NCBI GenBank assembly: GCA_026702745.1
Contig: JAPPBT010000058.1
Span: forward strand, 72,408 to 136,407
DNA from: Gemmatimonadota bacterium
GTDB taxonomy: Bacteria > JAAXHH01
DNA: 64,000 bases
Direction of reading: 5' to 3'
Shown: positions 10,669-20,438 of the stretch, piece after piece
Position numbering within the stretch: position 1 is the first letter of the stretch
Layout: every line of letters begins with the position of its first letter
Program-made: the position numbers and the translations under genes
The notes under the pieces: model-generated
What the model was told of the DNA's origin: nothing
The model's input: the letters and a program-made list of their open reading frames with translations, nothing else
Database searches by the model: none

Positions 10669-11442
10669 GTGAGCGAAGATACCGGAAAAATCCCCGACAT
10701 TCTAGAACACGGAGCGCCCGTCGACGGGCAACCCCAGACGGCTGAAACACGGCTGTACATGCAGCTCAATGTGTTCACCCTGTCCGGCACCGAATCCTGC
10801 GGTCAGCCTGATCAGCCTGGCCGGACTCGGCAGACCCGGACCATGGCAGACGATATCGCGTCCAGGCTCGGGAATTCCGGCCTGGACGCCGCGGTGTACC
10901 TCGACGTCAACGATCCCGTGGGCATCGGCGTGCTGTTTCTCGCCGAAGATCCCGACACCTTCGTATCCGATGTACGGAACCTGCTGACGGAACGGCCTTT
11001 CGATGTCCTGGACCGGCGCGGGTCCATGACGATGCTCGGCAGGACCTACTCCATGGGATTCGAGCCGGATCTGATGGAATCGCTCATTCACCGGCCGCGC
11101 AACACCGTGCTCAACCCCGACTGGCCCTGGGCCATCTGGTACCCGTTGCGGCGCAACGGCGCTTTCGCGCGACTGGAACACAAGGAACAGCGCCAGATCC
11201 TGATGGAGCACGCCCATATCGGACGGGCCTACGGCCGGGCCGACTTCGCCCACGATATCCGCCTGGCCTGTTACGGGCTGGACGAGGCCGACAACGACTT
11301 CGTCATCGGGCTGATCGGCAAGGAACTCTACCCCCTGTCCCGGGTCGTGCAGGACATGCGAAAGACCCAGCAGACCGCGTTGTACATCGATTCGCTAGGA
11401 CCGTTCTTCGTCGGCAAGAAGACCTGGTCGAGCGACCCGTAA
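10669..11442 (+). CDS. Chlorite dismutase/coproheme decarboxylase (Cld/ChdC) family protein
   Basis: WYPLRR, EH..IG, GLD..DNDF, GPFFVG motifs; divergent from hemH; probable GTG start 10669. Confidence 0.8.
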   Translation: MSEDTGKIPDILEHGAPVDGQPQTAETRLYMQLNVFTLSGTESCGQPDQPGRTRQTRTMADDIASRLGNSGLDAAVYLDVNDPVGIGVLFLAEDPDTFVSDVRNLLTERPFDVLDRRGSMTMLGRTYSMGFEPDLMESLIHRPRNTVLNPDWPWAIWYPLRRNGAFARLEHKEQRQILMEHAHIGRAYGRADFAHDIRLACYGLDEADNDFVIGLIGKELYPLSRVVQDMRKTQQTALYIDSLGPFFVGKKTWSSDP

Positions 11443-11452
11443 ATTCCCGGTG

Positions 11453-12004
11453 TCATCCTCCCGAATCGCCTCGCGTCCCTTCCATAATCTCCAGCGCCTT
11501 GAATCCCAGGACGGCGCAGGCGGACGCCACGTTCAGTGAATTCTTGTAGCCCCGCGTGGGGATCTCGACCAGGCCGTCGCAGCGCTCCAGCACGCCCCGG
11601 CTCACCCCGAGCGCTTCGTTACCGAGCACAATGGCCAGTTCGTCCGGGAACGCCGCGGCGTCGTACGATACCGAATCCGACGTGGTTTCGGCAGCCCACA
11701 CCTCGACATTGCGATCCTGCAGCCATTCGACCGCGTCGACGGCCGTTTCGAAGTAACGCCAGGGGACGTAATCGATGGTGCCCAGGGCGGTTTTCTCCAG
11801 TTTCGCGTGGGGCGGACAGGCCGTATATCCGCACAGGTAAAGGCCCTTCACCCGCAGGATATCGCAGGTCCGGAAGATGGAGCCCACGTTGAATGCGCTG
11901 CGCAGGTTGTCCAGGACGAAATAGAGGGGCAGCTTGGGCAGCCGGTCGTACGCTTCCTTCGTGATCTCCGCGTCGAAGCTTCGGACCTCGAAATTCGTCT
12001 CCAT
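11453..12004 (-). CDS. SpoU/TrmH family RNA methyltransferase
   Basis: LDNLRSAFNVGSIFRT, GNEALGV, SLNVA; GGAGA RBS before ATG 12004. Confidence 0.9.
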   Translation of the reverse strand: METNFEVRSFDAEITKEAYDRLPKLPLYFVLDNLRSAFNVGSIFRTCDILRVKGLYLCGYTACPPHAKLEKTALGTIDYVPWRYFETAVDAVEWLQDRNVEVWAAETTSDSVSYDAAAFPDELAIVLGNEALGVSRGVLERCDGLVEIPTRGYKNSLNVASACAVLGFKALEIMEGTRGDSGG

Positions 12005-12028
12005 GTCTCCGGTTTTCCTGGACTGCAC

Positions 12029-12105
12029 GGGGCGTTCCTTCGCACGGAGCGTTCCTTCGCGCCCGGCGTTCACTGCGCGGGACGGTCCTTCGCGCGGGGC
12101 GTTCA
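12029..12105. repeat. Degenerate ~17-bp tandem repeat abutting the pyrF stop
   Basis: gcgttccttcgc/ggcgttca-like units at about 12031, 12048, 12065, 12081, 12098. Confidence 0.6.
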
Positions 12106-12915
12106 GGGCAGCAGGTCGTTGATCTCTTCTCTGAGTCGAAGGGTGGCCGCCCGGGCGGACTCGGCGAAGTCACGGCCACCGGAGGAATAGAGGATGCTCC
12201 GGGAGGAATTGATGAGCAGGCCCCCGCCGCGCTCGTCGGCGCCTTCCTTAATGACCGTTTCAAGGTCGCCGCCCTGGGTGCCGATCCCGGGGATCAGCAG
12301 GGGCATGTCGGGGACGACGGCGCGGATGCCGGCCAGGGACTCCGCCTGCGTGGCCCCCACGACCAGGCCCGCGTTCCGGGCGGTGTTCCACGACCTGGCC
12401 GCGTTGGCCACCTCCAGGTACAGCGGGTGTCCGTTGACGGACAGGTACTGGAATTCGCGCGCGCTTTCGTTGGAAGTCAGGCAGAGGATGAAAACCCCCC
12501 GGTCGGTGTAGTCCAGGAAGGGCTGCACGGAATCCCGTCCCTGGTAGGGATTGACGGTCACCGCGTCGAAATCGAAATGCTCGAACAGCGCCTTCGCGTA
12601 CATGCGGGCACTGTTCCCCATGTCTCCCCGCTTGCAGTCACAGATGACCACGACCCCATCCGGTATGACCGTGAGCGTGCGCTCCAGCGCTTCGTAACCC
12701 CTCGAGCCCATGACCTCGAAAAACGCGATGTTCAGCTTGTAGGCCGAAACGAGGTCCGAAGTGTGCTCGATGATCGCCCGGTTGAACTCGAACAACGCGT
12801 CCGGTGCCGACCTTACGTGCTCCGGGAATCGATCCAGGTCCGGATCGAGTCCCACGCAGACCAGGCTGTCCGCCGCGGTCCGGGCGCGGTTCAATCTATC
12901 TACGAAGGGTGACAT
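12103..12915 (-). CDS. pyrF: Orotidine-5'-phosphate decarboxylase
   Basis: CVGLDPD, YKLNIAFFE, DCKRGDMGN, VVGAT, PGIGTQGG, NSSRSI. Confidence 0.95.
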   Translation of the reverse strand: MSPFVDRLNRARTAADSLVCVGLDPDLDRFPEHVRSAPDALFEFNRAIIEHTSDLVSAYKLNIAFFEVMGSRGYEALERTLTVIPDGVVVICDCKRGDMGNSARMYAKALFEHFDFDAVTVNPYQGRDSVQPFLDYTDRGVFILCLTSNESAREFQYLSVNGHPLYLEVANAARSWNTARNAGLVVGATQAESLAGIRAVVPDMPLLIPGIGTQGGDLETVIKEGADERGGGLLINSSRSILYSSGGRDFAESARAATLRLREEINDLLP

Positions 12916-13850
12916 GGTGCGTCCTCTGGTGAAGGGATTTGAATGCTTCCGATCAACGAGCGGACCGAATGCACGTCCGACGCGGCGCACCATTCGGCCA
13001 GCGTACGCGCGACAGACGGTCCGGCGCGGGGTTCGACGAAGGTGGCCGTGCCCACCTGGACGGCCGTGGCGCCCGCCACGAGGAACTCCACGGCGTCTTC
13101 TCCGCTCATGATGCCGCCGATGCCGATGACCGGGACGGCCACCTGGCGCGCGATCCGATAGACGGCCGCAACGGCCACGGGCTTGATGGCCGGACCGGAC
13201 AGCCCCCCCGTGACGGCACCGAGCATGGGACGGCGCGTATTGATGTCCACTGCCATGCCGCGCAGGGTGTTGATAGCCGATATGGCGTCGGCGCCGGCTT
13301 CCTCGACGCTGCGGGCGATCTCCCCGATGTCCGTAACGTTTGGCGTGAGTTTGGCGATGAGCGGCAGTTCGGTGATGCCCCGCAGCGTAGAAACCAGTTC
13401 CGCCGCGCGCCGGGGATCGGTGCTGAAGTCCATGCCGCCGGACACGTTCGGGCAGGACATGTTGATCTCCAGGGCATCGATGCCCTCGCAGTCCGACAGG
13501 CGTTCGGTCACGTAGACGAACTCCTCCACCGGGCCTCCGCCCACGTTGACGATCAAGGCGGTGTCCACGTTTCTCAAGTAAGGCATCTTGTCCCGGATGA
13601 AGGCCTCCACGCCCACGTTCTGCAGTCCGATGGAATTGAGCATGCCGGCGGCCGTCTCCGCGGCCCGGGGCGGGGGATTGCCCGGCCAGGGTTCGGGCGT
13701 GAGCGTTTTCGTGACGATGCCGCCGAAATCGGAGAGATCCACGAACCGTCCGTATTCCGATCCGTATCCGAAGGTGCCCGATGCGGCGAGCACGGGATTC
13801 CTCAGCTCAAGCGTGCCGATATTGACCGTCAGATCGGGTGATGCCGTCAC
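12900..13850 (-). CDS. pyrD: Dihydroorotate dehydrogenase family 1B, catalytic subunit
   Basis: ASGTFG, NSIGLQN, NMSCPN, KLTPN, INT, GGLSG; GTG overlaps pyrK stop. Confidence 0.95.
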   Translation of the reverse strand: MTASPDLTVNIGTLELRNPVLAASGTFGYGSEYGRFVDLSDFGGIVTKTLTPEPWPGNPPPRAAETAAGMLNSIGLQNVGVEAFIRDKMPYLRNVDTALIVNVGGGPVEEFVYVTERLSDCEGIDALEINMSCPNVSGGMDFSTDPRRAAELVSTLRGITELPLIAKLTPNVTDIGEIARSVEEAGADAISAINTLRGMAVDINTRRPMLGAVTGGLSGPAIKPVAVAAVYRIARQVAVPVIGIGGIMSGEDAVEFLVAGATAVQVGTATFVEPRAGPSVARTLAEWCAASDVHSVRSLIGSIQIPSPEDAPCHPS

Positions 13851-14749
13851 AGCACGACCTCCTGCATGTCGAACACCGGGCCGGCGTCGCAGACCCGTTC
13901 GTAGCGTCGGGATGACGACCGAGCGACGGGGACCTTGCCGGGAGTGGCGCCGGGGTCGGGGTCGGTACCGGGGGCGTCGCAGGCCACGACACAGGCCATG
14001 CACACGCCCACGCCGCAGGGCATGATTCCCTCGAGGGAGACCTGTCCGTCGATACCGGCTTCACGGGCGATCTCCTGGCAACGGCGCATCATGGGTGTCG
14101 GTCCGCAGGCATAGAGATAGGCGCACCGCCGGGGTGAGGAGGCCAGTTCCCGTTCCAGCAGGTCCGTCACCAGGCCGTGGTGGCCCGTCGTACCATCGTC
14201 GGTCGCCAGCCTGACGTCGACCCCGTATTCGCCGAATTTCTCTTCCCCGCTCAAGAGGCCCGCCGTGGCCGCGCCGAAGAGCACCGTCATTTCGGCCGGC
14301 CGCGCCAGTCCATCCCTTGCCGTCTCCTGGGCCAGGGAGAGAAAGGGCGCTACGCCGACGCCACCGGCGACCATGATCACTGGCCGGCCGGTGCGCACCG
14401 GCTCGAACGTCCTTCCCAGGGGTCCGAGCACGTCGACCCGTTCTCCGCGGCGCCGCGTAGCCAGGATCTCGGTGCCGCCGCCGACAATCCGGTATATGAG
14501 CCCGAAGACACCGCGTTCCGGATCCCGTTCGGCAATGCTGAAGGGACGCCTGAGCAGCGGGGTGTGACGGAGCCAGGTCTGCCTGCTGCTGTCCTTCGAA
14601 ACATCGGAAGCGATGAGGTGTACGAAGTGACCGGGCAGGGCGTGTCGTGTGATTTCGGGTGCCAGCAGGTCGATCCAGTACAGGCCGGGACCGATTTCAC
14701 GGTTGGCGAGGATCTCGGCGTCATACTGGCAGATGGGGATGGTGGACAT
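13847..14749 (-). CDS. pyrK: Dihydroorotate dehydrogenase electron transfer subunit
   Basis: RRPFSI, GGVGVAP, CGPTPM, CGVGVCMAC..RVC..GPVF [2Fe-2S] motif. Confidence 0.93.
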   Translation of the reverse strand: MSTIPICQYDAEILANREIGPGLYWIDLLAPEITRHALPGHFVHLIASDVSKDSSRQTWLRHTPLLRRPFSIAERDPERGVFGLIYRIVGGGTEILATRRRGERVDVLGPLGRTFEPVRTGRPVIMVAGGVGVAPFLSLAQETARDGLARPAEMTVLFGAATAGLLSGEEKFGEYGVDVRLATDDGTTGHHGLVTDLLERELASSPRRCAYLYACGPTPMMRRCQEIAREAGIDGQVSLEGIMPCGVGVCMACVVACDAPGTDPDPGATPGKVPVARSSSRRYERVCDAGPVFDMQEVVL

Positions 14750-14757
14750 GCTCCACT

Positions 14758-14786
14758 ACAATACAACCGACAGGACCGGATGTCAA
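14758..14786 (-). promoter_or_regulatory. Sigma70-like promoter for pyrK-pyrD-pyrF
   Basis: TTGACA-N17-TATTGT on minus strand, 8 nt before pyrK ATG. Confidence 0.6.
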
Positions 14787-14790
14787 CGCA

Positions 14791-16611
14791 TCATTTGTCC
14801 GGGGCCGGGGACGCGGTTGGGGCCGGGGACGCGGTTGGGGCCGGGGACGCGGTTGGGGCCGGGGACGCAGCCGGGTCAGTAGCCGGTGCAGGGAGCAGTT
14901 CCTCCATTAAGCGAATCTTGTCGCGGACGGATCTTGCCTGCTCCGACCGGGGATGGCGGTCCATGATTTCGCGGTAGCGGTCGAGGGCGGTTTCGGGATC
15001 GTCGTAGTGCGTCTCGGCGAGCCAGCCCAGCGCGTAGAGCGCACGCGACGCGTATTCACCATCCGGATCCCGTTGGAGGACCAGCTCGTAGAGCCCGCGC
15101 GCGGAGTCCGGCCGGTCGGTTTCGAAAAGCAGCCTTTCCGCCTCGTGGAAAAGCCGGTCCGGGGGTAGTTCACCTACGATGGGCTTCGACTGCAGGATGG
15201 CTGCTTCCACGGCGTGCGCGGTCCCGGGATACTGGGTAGCGATGTAATCGAAGACCGAACGGGCGCTATCCGTGTCACTCAGCATCTCGTCGAGTACCCA
15301 GCCCCTTGCATAAGCGGCCTTGGCGGCAATGGAGGGATCATTCGAAGCTTCTTCGATAGCGCGGTACTGGCTCAGGGCTGCGTCGGCCATTTCCAATTGA
15401 AACAGGTACAGTTCCGCCAGTTGGAATCGCAGACCGACCGCGTCTTCCGTCAACTTCGCATAGTTCGACGTGGTATTCGATGTGGGATCGCCGGGGGATT
15501 TCAACGCTTCCATGGCGGCCAGCAGGTTTCCGAGGTTTCCGTCCAGACGCCGCAGTTCGCGTATGGCGCGATGCTTCCGGTCGGCCTCATCGCCGATCCA
15601 GAACGATCGCGGACTCTTGCGCCGCGCCTCGTCGTACCACTGTTCCGTCAGATCGAGATCTCCCTCGGTCCGGTACAGTTCCCCCAGTTCAAACATGGCC
15701 CGGGATACTTCTTCGGCGTAGCTCCGGTCGGACTCGAAACGGGTGATGAGCGTCTCGTACGTGGAGACGGCCGATTCCTTCAAGTCCAGTTCGGCCAGGC
15801 ATGCGGCTATTGCCAGCATGACCTCCGGGTGATATTCGCTGTAAGCGCGCTGATCGAGCAACGACTCGTATACGCCCAGCGCGGCCGACAGATCCCCTTC
15901 TCGCCGCAGGCTTTCGCCCAGCAAGAAAGCCGCATGAAACTTAAGCATCCGGGTCCGTGCCTGCTCGATGGCCTGGGCGAGTTGTTCACGGGCTTCGGCG
16001 AACCGATGCTCCTCCAGCCTGGCGCGTGCGATGTGGTACCTGGCCTCCGCCTCCCGTTCATCGCCGGGGCGCGAATCCAGCACTTCCTGGAACCGCACGA
16101 CGGCTTCCCCGTACCGGGCGCCGCCCAGGGCGATCTTTCCCCGAAGCATCAGGGCGTCCGGAATCCGGTCGCTGCCGGGAAACTCCCTGACGAAACGGTC
16201 CAGCTGTTCATCGGCCCGGGTGGAATCCCCCGCGTTGAGGAGGCTGTTGCCCAGGGAGAAAACGCAGTGGCCGGTAAATTCGCCGTTCGGGAACAGCCTC
16301 AGCACCTGCTCATACCGCTTGATGGCCTGTAGATGCTGTCCCTGGATCGCCCGGACGTCGCCGATCAGTACCAGCGCGTCGTCCACATAGGAACTTCCGG
16401 AGTGATCCCTCAGGACGAGACCCGCGTTTTCGACGGCGAGTTCGTAGGAGGTCAGGGCCAGGGGCGGTATGCCGCCATCGGGCGTCTGCTGGGTGAGACG
16501 TATCCGCTCCCCTTCCTTGAACGCTTTCCTGGCGTTGTAGAACGTATTGTAGTACGCGCAACCGAAAACCACGCACACCAGGGTGGACAGGATCAGGGAA
16601 GTTCTGCGCAT
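14791..16611 (-). CDS. Tetratricopeptide-repeat lipoprotein
   Basis: Signal peptide with lipobox VFGC, YYNTFYNA, repeated helix-pair TPR units. Confidence 0.85.
   Translation of the reverse strand: MRRTSLILSTLVCVVFGCAYYNTFYNARKAFKEGERIRLTQQTPDGGIPPLALTSYELAVENAGLVLRDHSGSSYVDDALVLIGDVRAIQGQHLQAIKRYEQVLRLFPNGEFTGHCVFSLGNSLLNAGDSTRADEQLDRFVREFPGSDRIPDALMLRGKIALGGARYGEAVVRFQEVLDSRPGDEREAEARYHIARARLEEHRFAEAREQLAQAIEQARTRMLKFHAAFLLGESLRREGDLSAALGVYESLLDQRAYSEYHPEVMLAIAACLAELDLKESAVSTYETLITRFESDRSYAEEVSRAMFELGELYRTEGDLDLTEQWYDEARRKSPRSFWIGDEADRKHRAIRELRRLDGNLGNLLAAMEALKSPGDPTSNTTSNYAKLTEDAVGLRFQLAELYLFQLEMADAALSQYRAIEEASNDPSIAAKAAYARGWVLDEMLSDTDSARSVFDYIATQYPGTAHAVEAAILQSKPIVGELPPDRLFHEAERLLFETDRPDSARGLYELVLQRDPDGEYASRALYALGWLAETHYDDPETALDRYREIMDRHPRSEQARSVRDKIRLMEELLPAPATDPAASPAPTASPAPTASPAPTASPAPDK
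14801..14872 (-). repeat. 18-bp tandem repeat at TPR protein C-terminus (PAPTAS units)
   Basis: ggggccggggacgcggtt x3 plus a fourth variant. Confidence 0.9.
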
Positions 16612-16612
16612 C

Positions 16613-17311
16613 TCAATCTCCGAACTTGTAGCCGACGCCCCGGACGGTCGTAATGATATGTACGCCGTGGCGTTCGATCTTCATGCGCAGCCGTCTAACG
16701 TGTACGTCCACCGTCCTCGTACCGCTGAAATAATCGTATCCCCAGACGGCGGTCAGCAGCTCGTCCCGCGTAAACACCCGTCCCCTGTGCCGGGCCAGGT
16801 GCTTGAGCAACTCGTACTCTTTGAGGGTCAGATCGATCGCCTTGCCCCGGATGGTGACTTCGTAGTTGCCCAGGTTGATCAGCAGGTCGCCCCAGGCGAT
16901 CATATCCTGGATCTGCACGCTGTGGCGCCGCCAGAGGACGTTCTTGATGCGAAGATCGAACTCGCGGACGTTGTATGGCGCGCAGATGAAATCGTCGATT
17001 CCCCGGGTGACGTCGAGGTCGCCGATAACGTCAGCGCCGGTCAGGACCATGACCGCGGGGGCGTGCCGGAACCCGCGCGACCGCAGTTCGTCCATCACGA
17101 AGGGAAGGACCGACCGGGGCCGGTCCGTCTGGATGAGCAAGAGGTCCGAATCGGGTATGCGAGCGTGGAGGTCTTCAACAACGGTGTAATGCAGTTCCGT
17201 TAAGGCGTAACCTGCGCCGCTCAACCACCTGATCAGCGGTTCGACGGGTTCCTGGCGGGCAAAAAGGATCGAAATTCGGGGAAGCCCGTTGCCGCTAAGT
17301 CTAACGGTCAT
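16613..17311 (-). CDS. OmpR-family winged-helix response regulator with atypical receiver (GlnR-like)
   Basis: LTLKEYELL, VWGYDY, RTVDVHVRRLRMK, TVRGVGY; receiver degenerate. Confidence 0.85.
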   Translation of the reverse strand: MTVRLSGNGLPRISILFARQEPVEPLIRWLSGAGYALTELHYTVVEDLHARIPDSDLLLIQTDRPRSVLPFVMDELRSRGFRHAPAVMVLTGADVIGDLDVTRGIDDFICAPYNVREFDLRIKNVLWRRHSVQIQDMIAWGDLLINLGNYEVTIRGKAIDLTLKEYELLKHLARHRGRVFTRDELLTAVWGYDYFSGTRTVDVHVRRLRMKIERHGVHIITTVRGVGYKFGD

Positions 17312-17381
17312 GGGTTCTCATTGCAGGCCCACGTTGGAAGGAGCAACCGGTTGCAGCGAACGGACTTTCCCTCGAACGGCG

Positions 17382-17819
17382 TCAGAACGGAAGATCGTCG
17401 TCGGAATCGGCCTCGGGCGAAGGAGGCGGCGCTTCCGTCGCCGTACTCCCGACTCCTCCGGACGCGTCCGATGCGAGCTCATTCTGCTGGCGGGCACTCA
17501 GCATCTGCATCTCGTTTGCCACGATCTCGGTCATGTACCGTTTCATCCCGTTCTGATCTTCCCAGGAACGGGTCTGCAGCCGTCCTTCGACATACACCGG
17601 TGCGCCTTTCTTGAGGTACTGGCCACAGATCTCCGCCAGTTTCGAAAAGGCCACGATCCGGTGCCATTCCGTTTCTTCCCGCCGTTCTCCGTCCTGCGTG
17701 TTCCACTGGCGCGTCGTGGCCATGCGGAAATTGACCACGGCCCGGCCGGCAGGCGTGTACCTCATCTCGGGATCCGCGCCGAGATTACCGATCAGAATGA
17801 CTTTATTCAAGCTGGCCAT
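17382..17819 (-). CDS. ssb: Single-stranded DNA-binding protein
   Basis: [31 protein letters not shown]-terminal DDDLPF. Confidence 0.97.
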   Translation of the reverse strand: MASLNKVILIGNLGADPEMRYTPAGRAVVNFRMATTRQWNTQDGERREETEWHRIVAFSKLAEICGQYLKKGAPVYVEGRLQTRSWEDQNGMKRYMTEIVANEMQMLSARQQNELASDASGGVGSTATEAPPPSPEADSDDDLPF

Positions 17820-17853
17820 TGGGGATGCTCCTTATATGAAAAAGAATGAAGTG

Positions 17854-17882
17854 AGTATAGCGCGATACACGGGGCAAGTCAA
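17854..17882 (-). promoter_or_regulatory. Sigma70-like promoter for ssb
   Basis: TTGACT-N17-TATACT on minus strand. Confidence 0.65.
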
Positions 17883-18064
17883 GCGAATTTCCCGCTGTCC
17901 CGGGACCGTCGCGCAGGAGAAAACGGCTTGCTTCTCCCCGGTATCGCGCCCTATATTCGAATAGTCGAGGGACCTTTTCAAAACATCGTAACTATTGTTG
18001 ACGGAACCCGACACCGGATGCGTCGGTATGCCCTCCCCTGGCCCGTTTTCCGCCTGATTGGCCC

Positions 18065-19291
18065 ATGATCCTCCCGGTTCACCTCTACCGATACGTGTTC
18101 AAGGCGCACGTCGGTCCCTTTCTGTTTTCCTTCGTGATCATCACGTTCATCCTCGTGATGGACATCATATTCCAGATCGCCGACCTCATCATCGGCAAGA
18201 ACCTCGACCTGTTCATCGTGCTCGAGGTGTTTTTCCTCAACCTGGCCTGGATTGTCGCCGTATCGATCCCCATGTCCGTGCTGGTCGCCAGCCTCATGGC
18301 ATTCGGCCGGCTTTCGGCCGACAACGAGGTTACCGCCCTCAAGGCTGGCGGCGTCAGTTTCTTCCAGATGGTCTCGCCGGTCCTGGTAGCGGGACTCCTC
18401 CTGGGGAGCGGCCACCTGTTCTTCATGGACGTCATTCTGCCCGAATCCAACTACCGGGCGCGCTCGCTCATGAACGACATCCACCGTGCGCGTCCCACGT
18501 TGCTTTTCACCGGGGGCATATTCATGAAGGACATACCGGGATACAGCATCCTGATCGACCGGGTCAATCCAAGAAACAACGAAATCTCCGGTATCACCAT
18601 CTACGAGACAGAGAACATGCGCTATCCGCGCCTCATGACGGCAAAGACCGGAGAATTCCACGTCAACGAGACGGGCAGCCGGCTCGATCTCATGCTGTAC
18701 GACGGAGAACTGCTTCAGCAGGACGAATCTTCGGGACGCTATCTAAAAGAGATCTTCGAGCGGCAGCGGTTCACGATCCGCACCGAGCCGGCCGGCGTCC
18801 AGCGGTCGGAGGCGGGAATCCGGAGCGACCGCGAGCTGAACATCGCGATGATGCGCGCCAGAATCGATGAATGGCAGACGGAGATCGACGCTGCACTGGC
18901 GATCATGGCACCCGGACCGGTTTCCCCGGAGGCGAAGGCGGATTCCCTCGAGGCAGCGAGGGACCGGGCGGAGCGGACGGTCTCGCTGAGGCAGCGGCAG
19001 AAGAACAGCTACATCGTGGAGATCCACAAGAAGTACGCCATTTCAGCGGCCTGTTTCGTCTTCGTGTTGATCGGCGCACCGCTGGGGGTTCGCATACGCC
19101 GCGGCAGCATCGGCGTCAGCGTGGGCGTCAGCCTGTGCTTCTTCCTGCTGTACTGGGCCTGCCTGCTCGGCGGTGAGGAATTGGCGGACCGCGACCTGAT
19201 CGACCCCGTCTGGGCGATGTGGGCGGCAAACATCGTCATCGGCGTTCCCGGCGCCGTCCTGGTCTGGGTCACCGGCAGGGACCGCATCTGA
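18065..19291 (+). CDS. lptF: LPS export ABC permease, LptF-like
   Basis: FGRLSADNEVTALKAGGVS, VEIHKKYA, IGAPLG; 6-TM architecture with periplasmic domain. Confidence 0.85.
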   Translation: MILPVHLYRYVFKAHVGPFLFSFVIITFILVMDIIFQIADLIIGKNLDLFIVLEVFFLNLAWIVAVSIPMSVLVASLMAFGRLSADNEVTALKAGGVSFFQMVSPVLVAGLLLGSGHLFFMDVILPESNYRARSLMNDIHRARPTLLFTGGIFMKDIPGYSILIDRVNPRNNEISGITIYETENMRYPRLMTAKTGEFHVNETGSRLDLMLYDGELLQQDESSGRYLKEIFERQRFTIRTEPAGVQRSEAGIRSDRELNIAMMRARIDEWQTEIDAALAIMAPGPVSPEAKADSLEAARDRAERTVSLRQRQKNSYIVEIHKKYAISAACFVFVLIGAPLGVRIRRGSIGVSVGVSLCFFLLYWACLLGGEELADRDLIDPVWAMWAANIVIGVPGAVLVWVTGRDRI

Positions 19292-19355
19292 CGGTCAGCT
19301 TGGACTCGTTTTATCCGCTTCGATTCGTTCGATACCACCGGAGGAACGCCGTTTC

Positions 19356-20438
19356 ATGTCCCTGATCACCCGGTACGTGCTACGCTTGTTCATCACCGCT
19401 ATCGCCGTCAGCCTGATCGCCTTCGTCAGCATCTTCTTCGTGGTCGATCTCATTGAGCAGCTGGACCGGTTCCTGGACCGTGATGTGGCCCCGGTATACA
19501 TCGCGCTCTACTACGTCTACTACACGCCCTATATCTTCGTACTCACGATTCCCGTCAGCCTGCTGCTCGCCAGCCTGTATACCTTCGGCCAACTGACCAG
19601 GCTGGGCGAACTGACCGCCATGAAGGCATCGGGGCTCAGTGTGTACCGGTTGCTGAGGCCCCTGCTCCTGGTCAGCGCGGTGGCAAGCGGTGGCCTGTTC
19701 TGGGCCGGTGAATGGCTCGTTCCCCATACGAGCATGAAACGGGCGGAAATCCAGTCGGAGCACGTGGACCTGCGGGGCGGCGTGGGGCAGCACATACGAA
19801 ACGACGTGTATTTCAGGGGAGAGGGAGGGCGCCAGTTCTATATCCGCGTATTCGACGGTCTCGACGCGGAGGGCACGGGGGTTTTCGTCACCGAATTCCA
19901 GGACAGCCTCGTCTCCAGCGTGCTCGAGGCGGAAAGCGCCGTCTGGCAGGACGGGCGCTGGCTGCTTTCAAACGGGGTGGAACGACGGTTCCAGGCGGGA
20001 GGCGGACTGTCCGAATACAATACCTTCGTCGAACGGGAACCGGACGGATGGTCCGTAACGCCGGAGGATTTCATGCGGGGGCAGAAACGTCCCGAGGAGA
20101 TGAGCTACGGAGAACTCGACCAGTTTATTCAGAATGTCCGGCGCGGAGGCGGAGACGTGCAGGGCTACCTGGTAGACCTCAACCTGAAGATCGCCTTCCC
20201 CAGCGCGGGCCTGATTATCGTGCTTCTGGGCGGCGCGCTGGCCACTCACCTGAGACGGGGCGGTGTCGCGGTGGGATTTGCCCTGAGTATCGGTATCTGT
20301 TTCATCTACTGGGGGCTGCTCCGCTTTACCCAGGCCTTCGGACACGCCGGATTGCTTGACCCCATGTCGGCGGCCTGGGGCGCCAACGCGCTCTTCGGCC
20401 TCCTGGCCCTGGTACTGCTGGTCAGAGCGCCCAAATAA
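19356..20438 (+). CDS. lptG: LPS export ABC permease, LptG-like
   Basis: GELTAMKASGLS, PEEMSY.EL, KIAFP; tandem with lptF. Confidence 0.85.
   Translation: MSLITRYVLRLFITAIAVSLIAFVSIFFVVDLIEQLDRFLDRDVAPVYIALYYVYYTPYIFVLTIPVSLLLASLYTFGQLTRLGELTAMKASGLSVYRLLRPLLLVSAVASGGLFWAGEWLVPHTSMKRAEIQSEHVDLRGGVGQHIRNDVYFRGEGGRQFYIRVFDGLDAEGTGVFVTEFQDSLVSSVLEAESAVWQDGRWLLSNGVERRFQAGGGLSEYNTFVEREPDGWSVTPEDFMRGQKRPEEMSYGELDQFIQNVRRGGGDVQGYLVDLNLKIAFPSAGLIIVLLGGALATHLRRGGVAVGFALSIGICFIYWGLLRFTQAFGHAGLLDPMSAAWGANALFGLLALVLLVRAPK

Noticed and set aside
14791-16611. Type IX secretion PorW/SprE assignment for the TPR lipoprotein
   Set aside because: Only the YYNT.YN N-terminal resemblance supports it; no other T9SS genes in the window.
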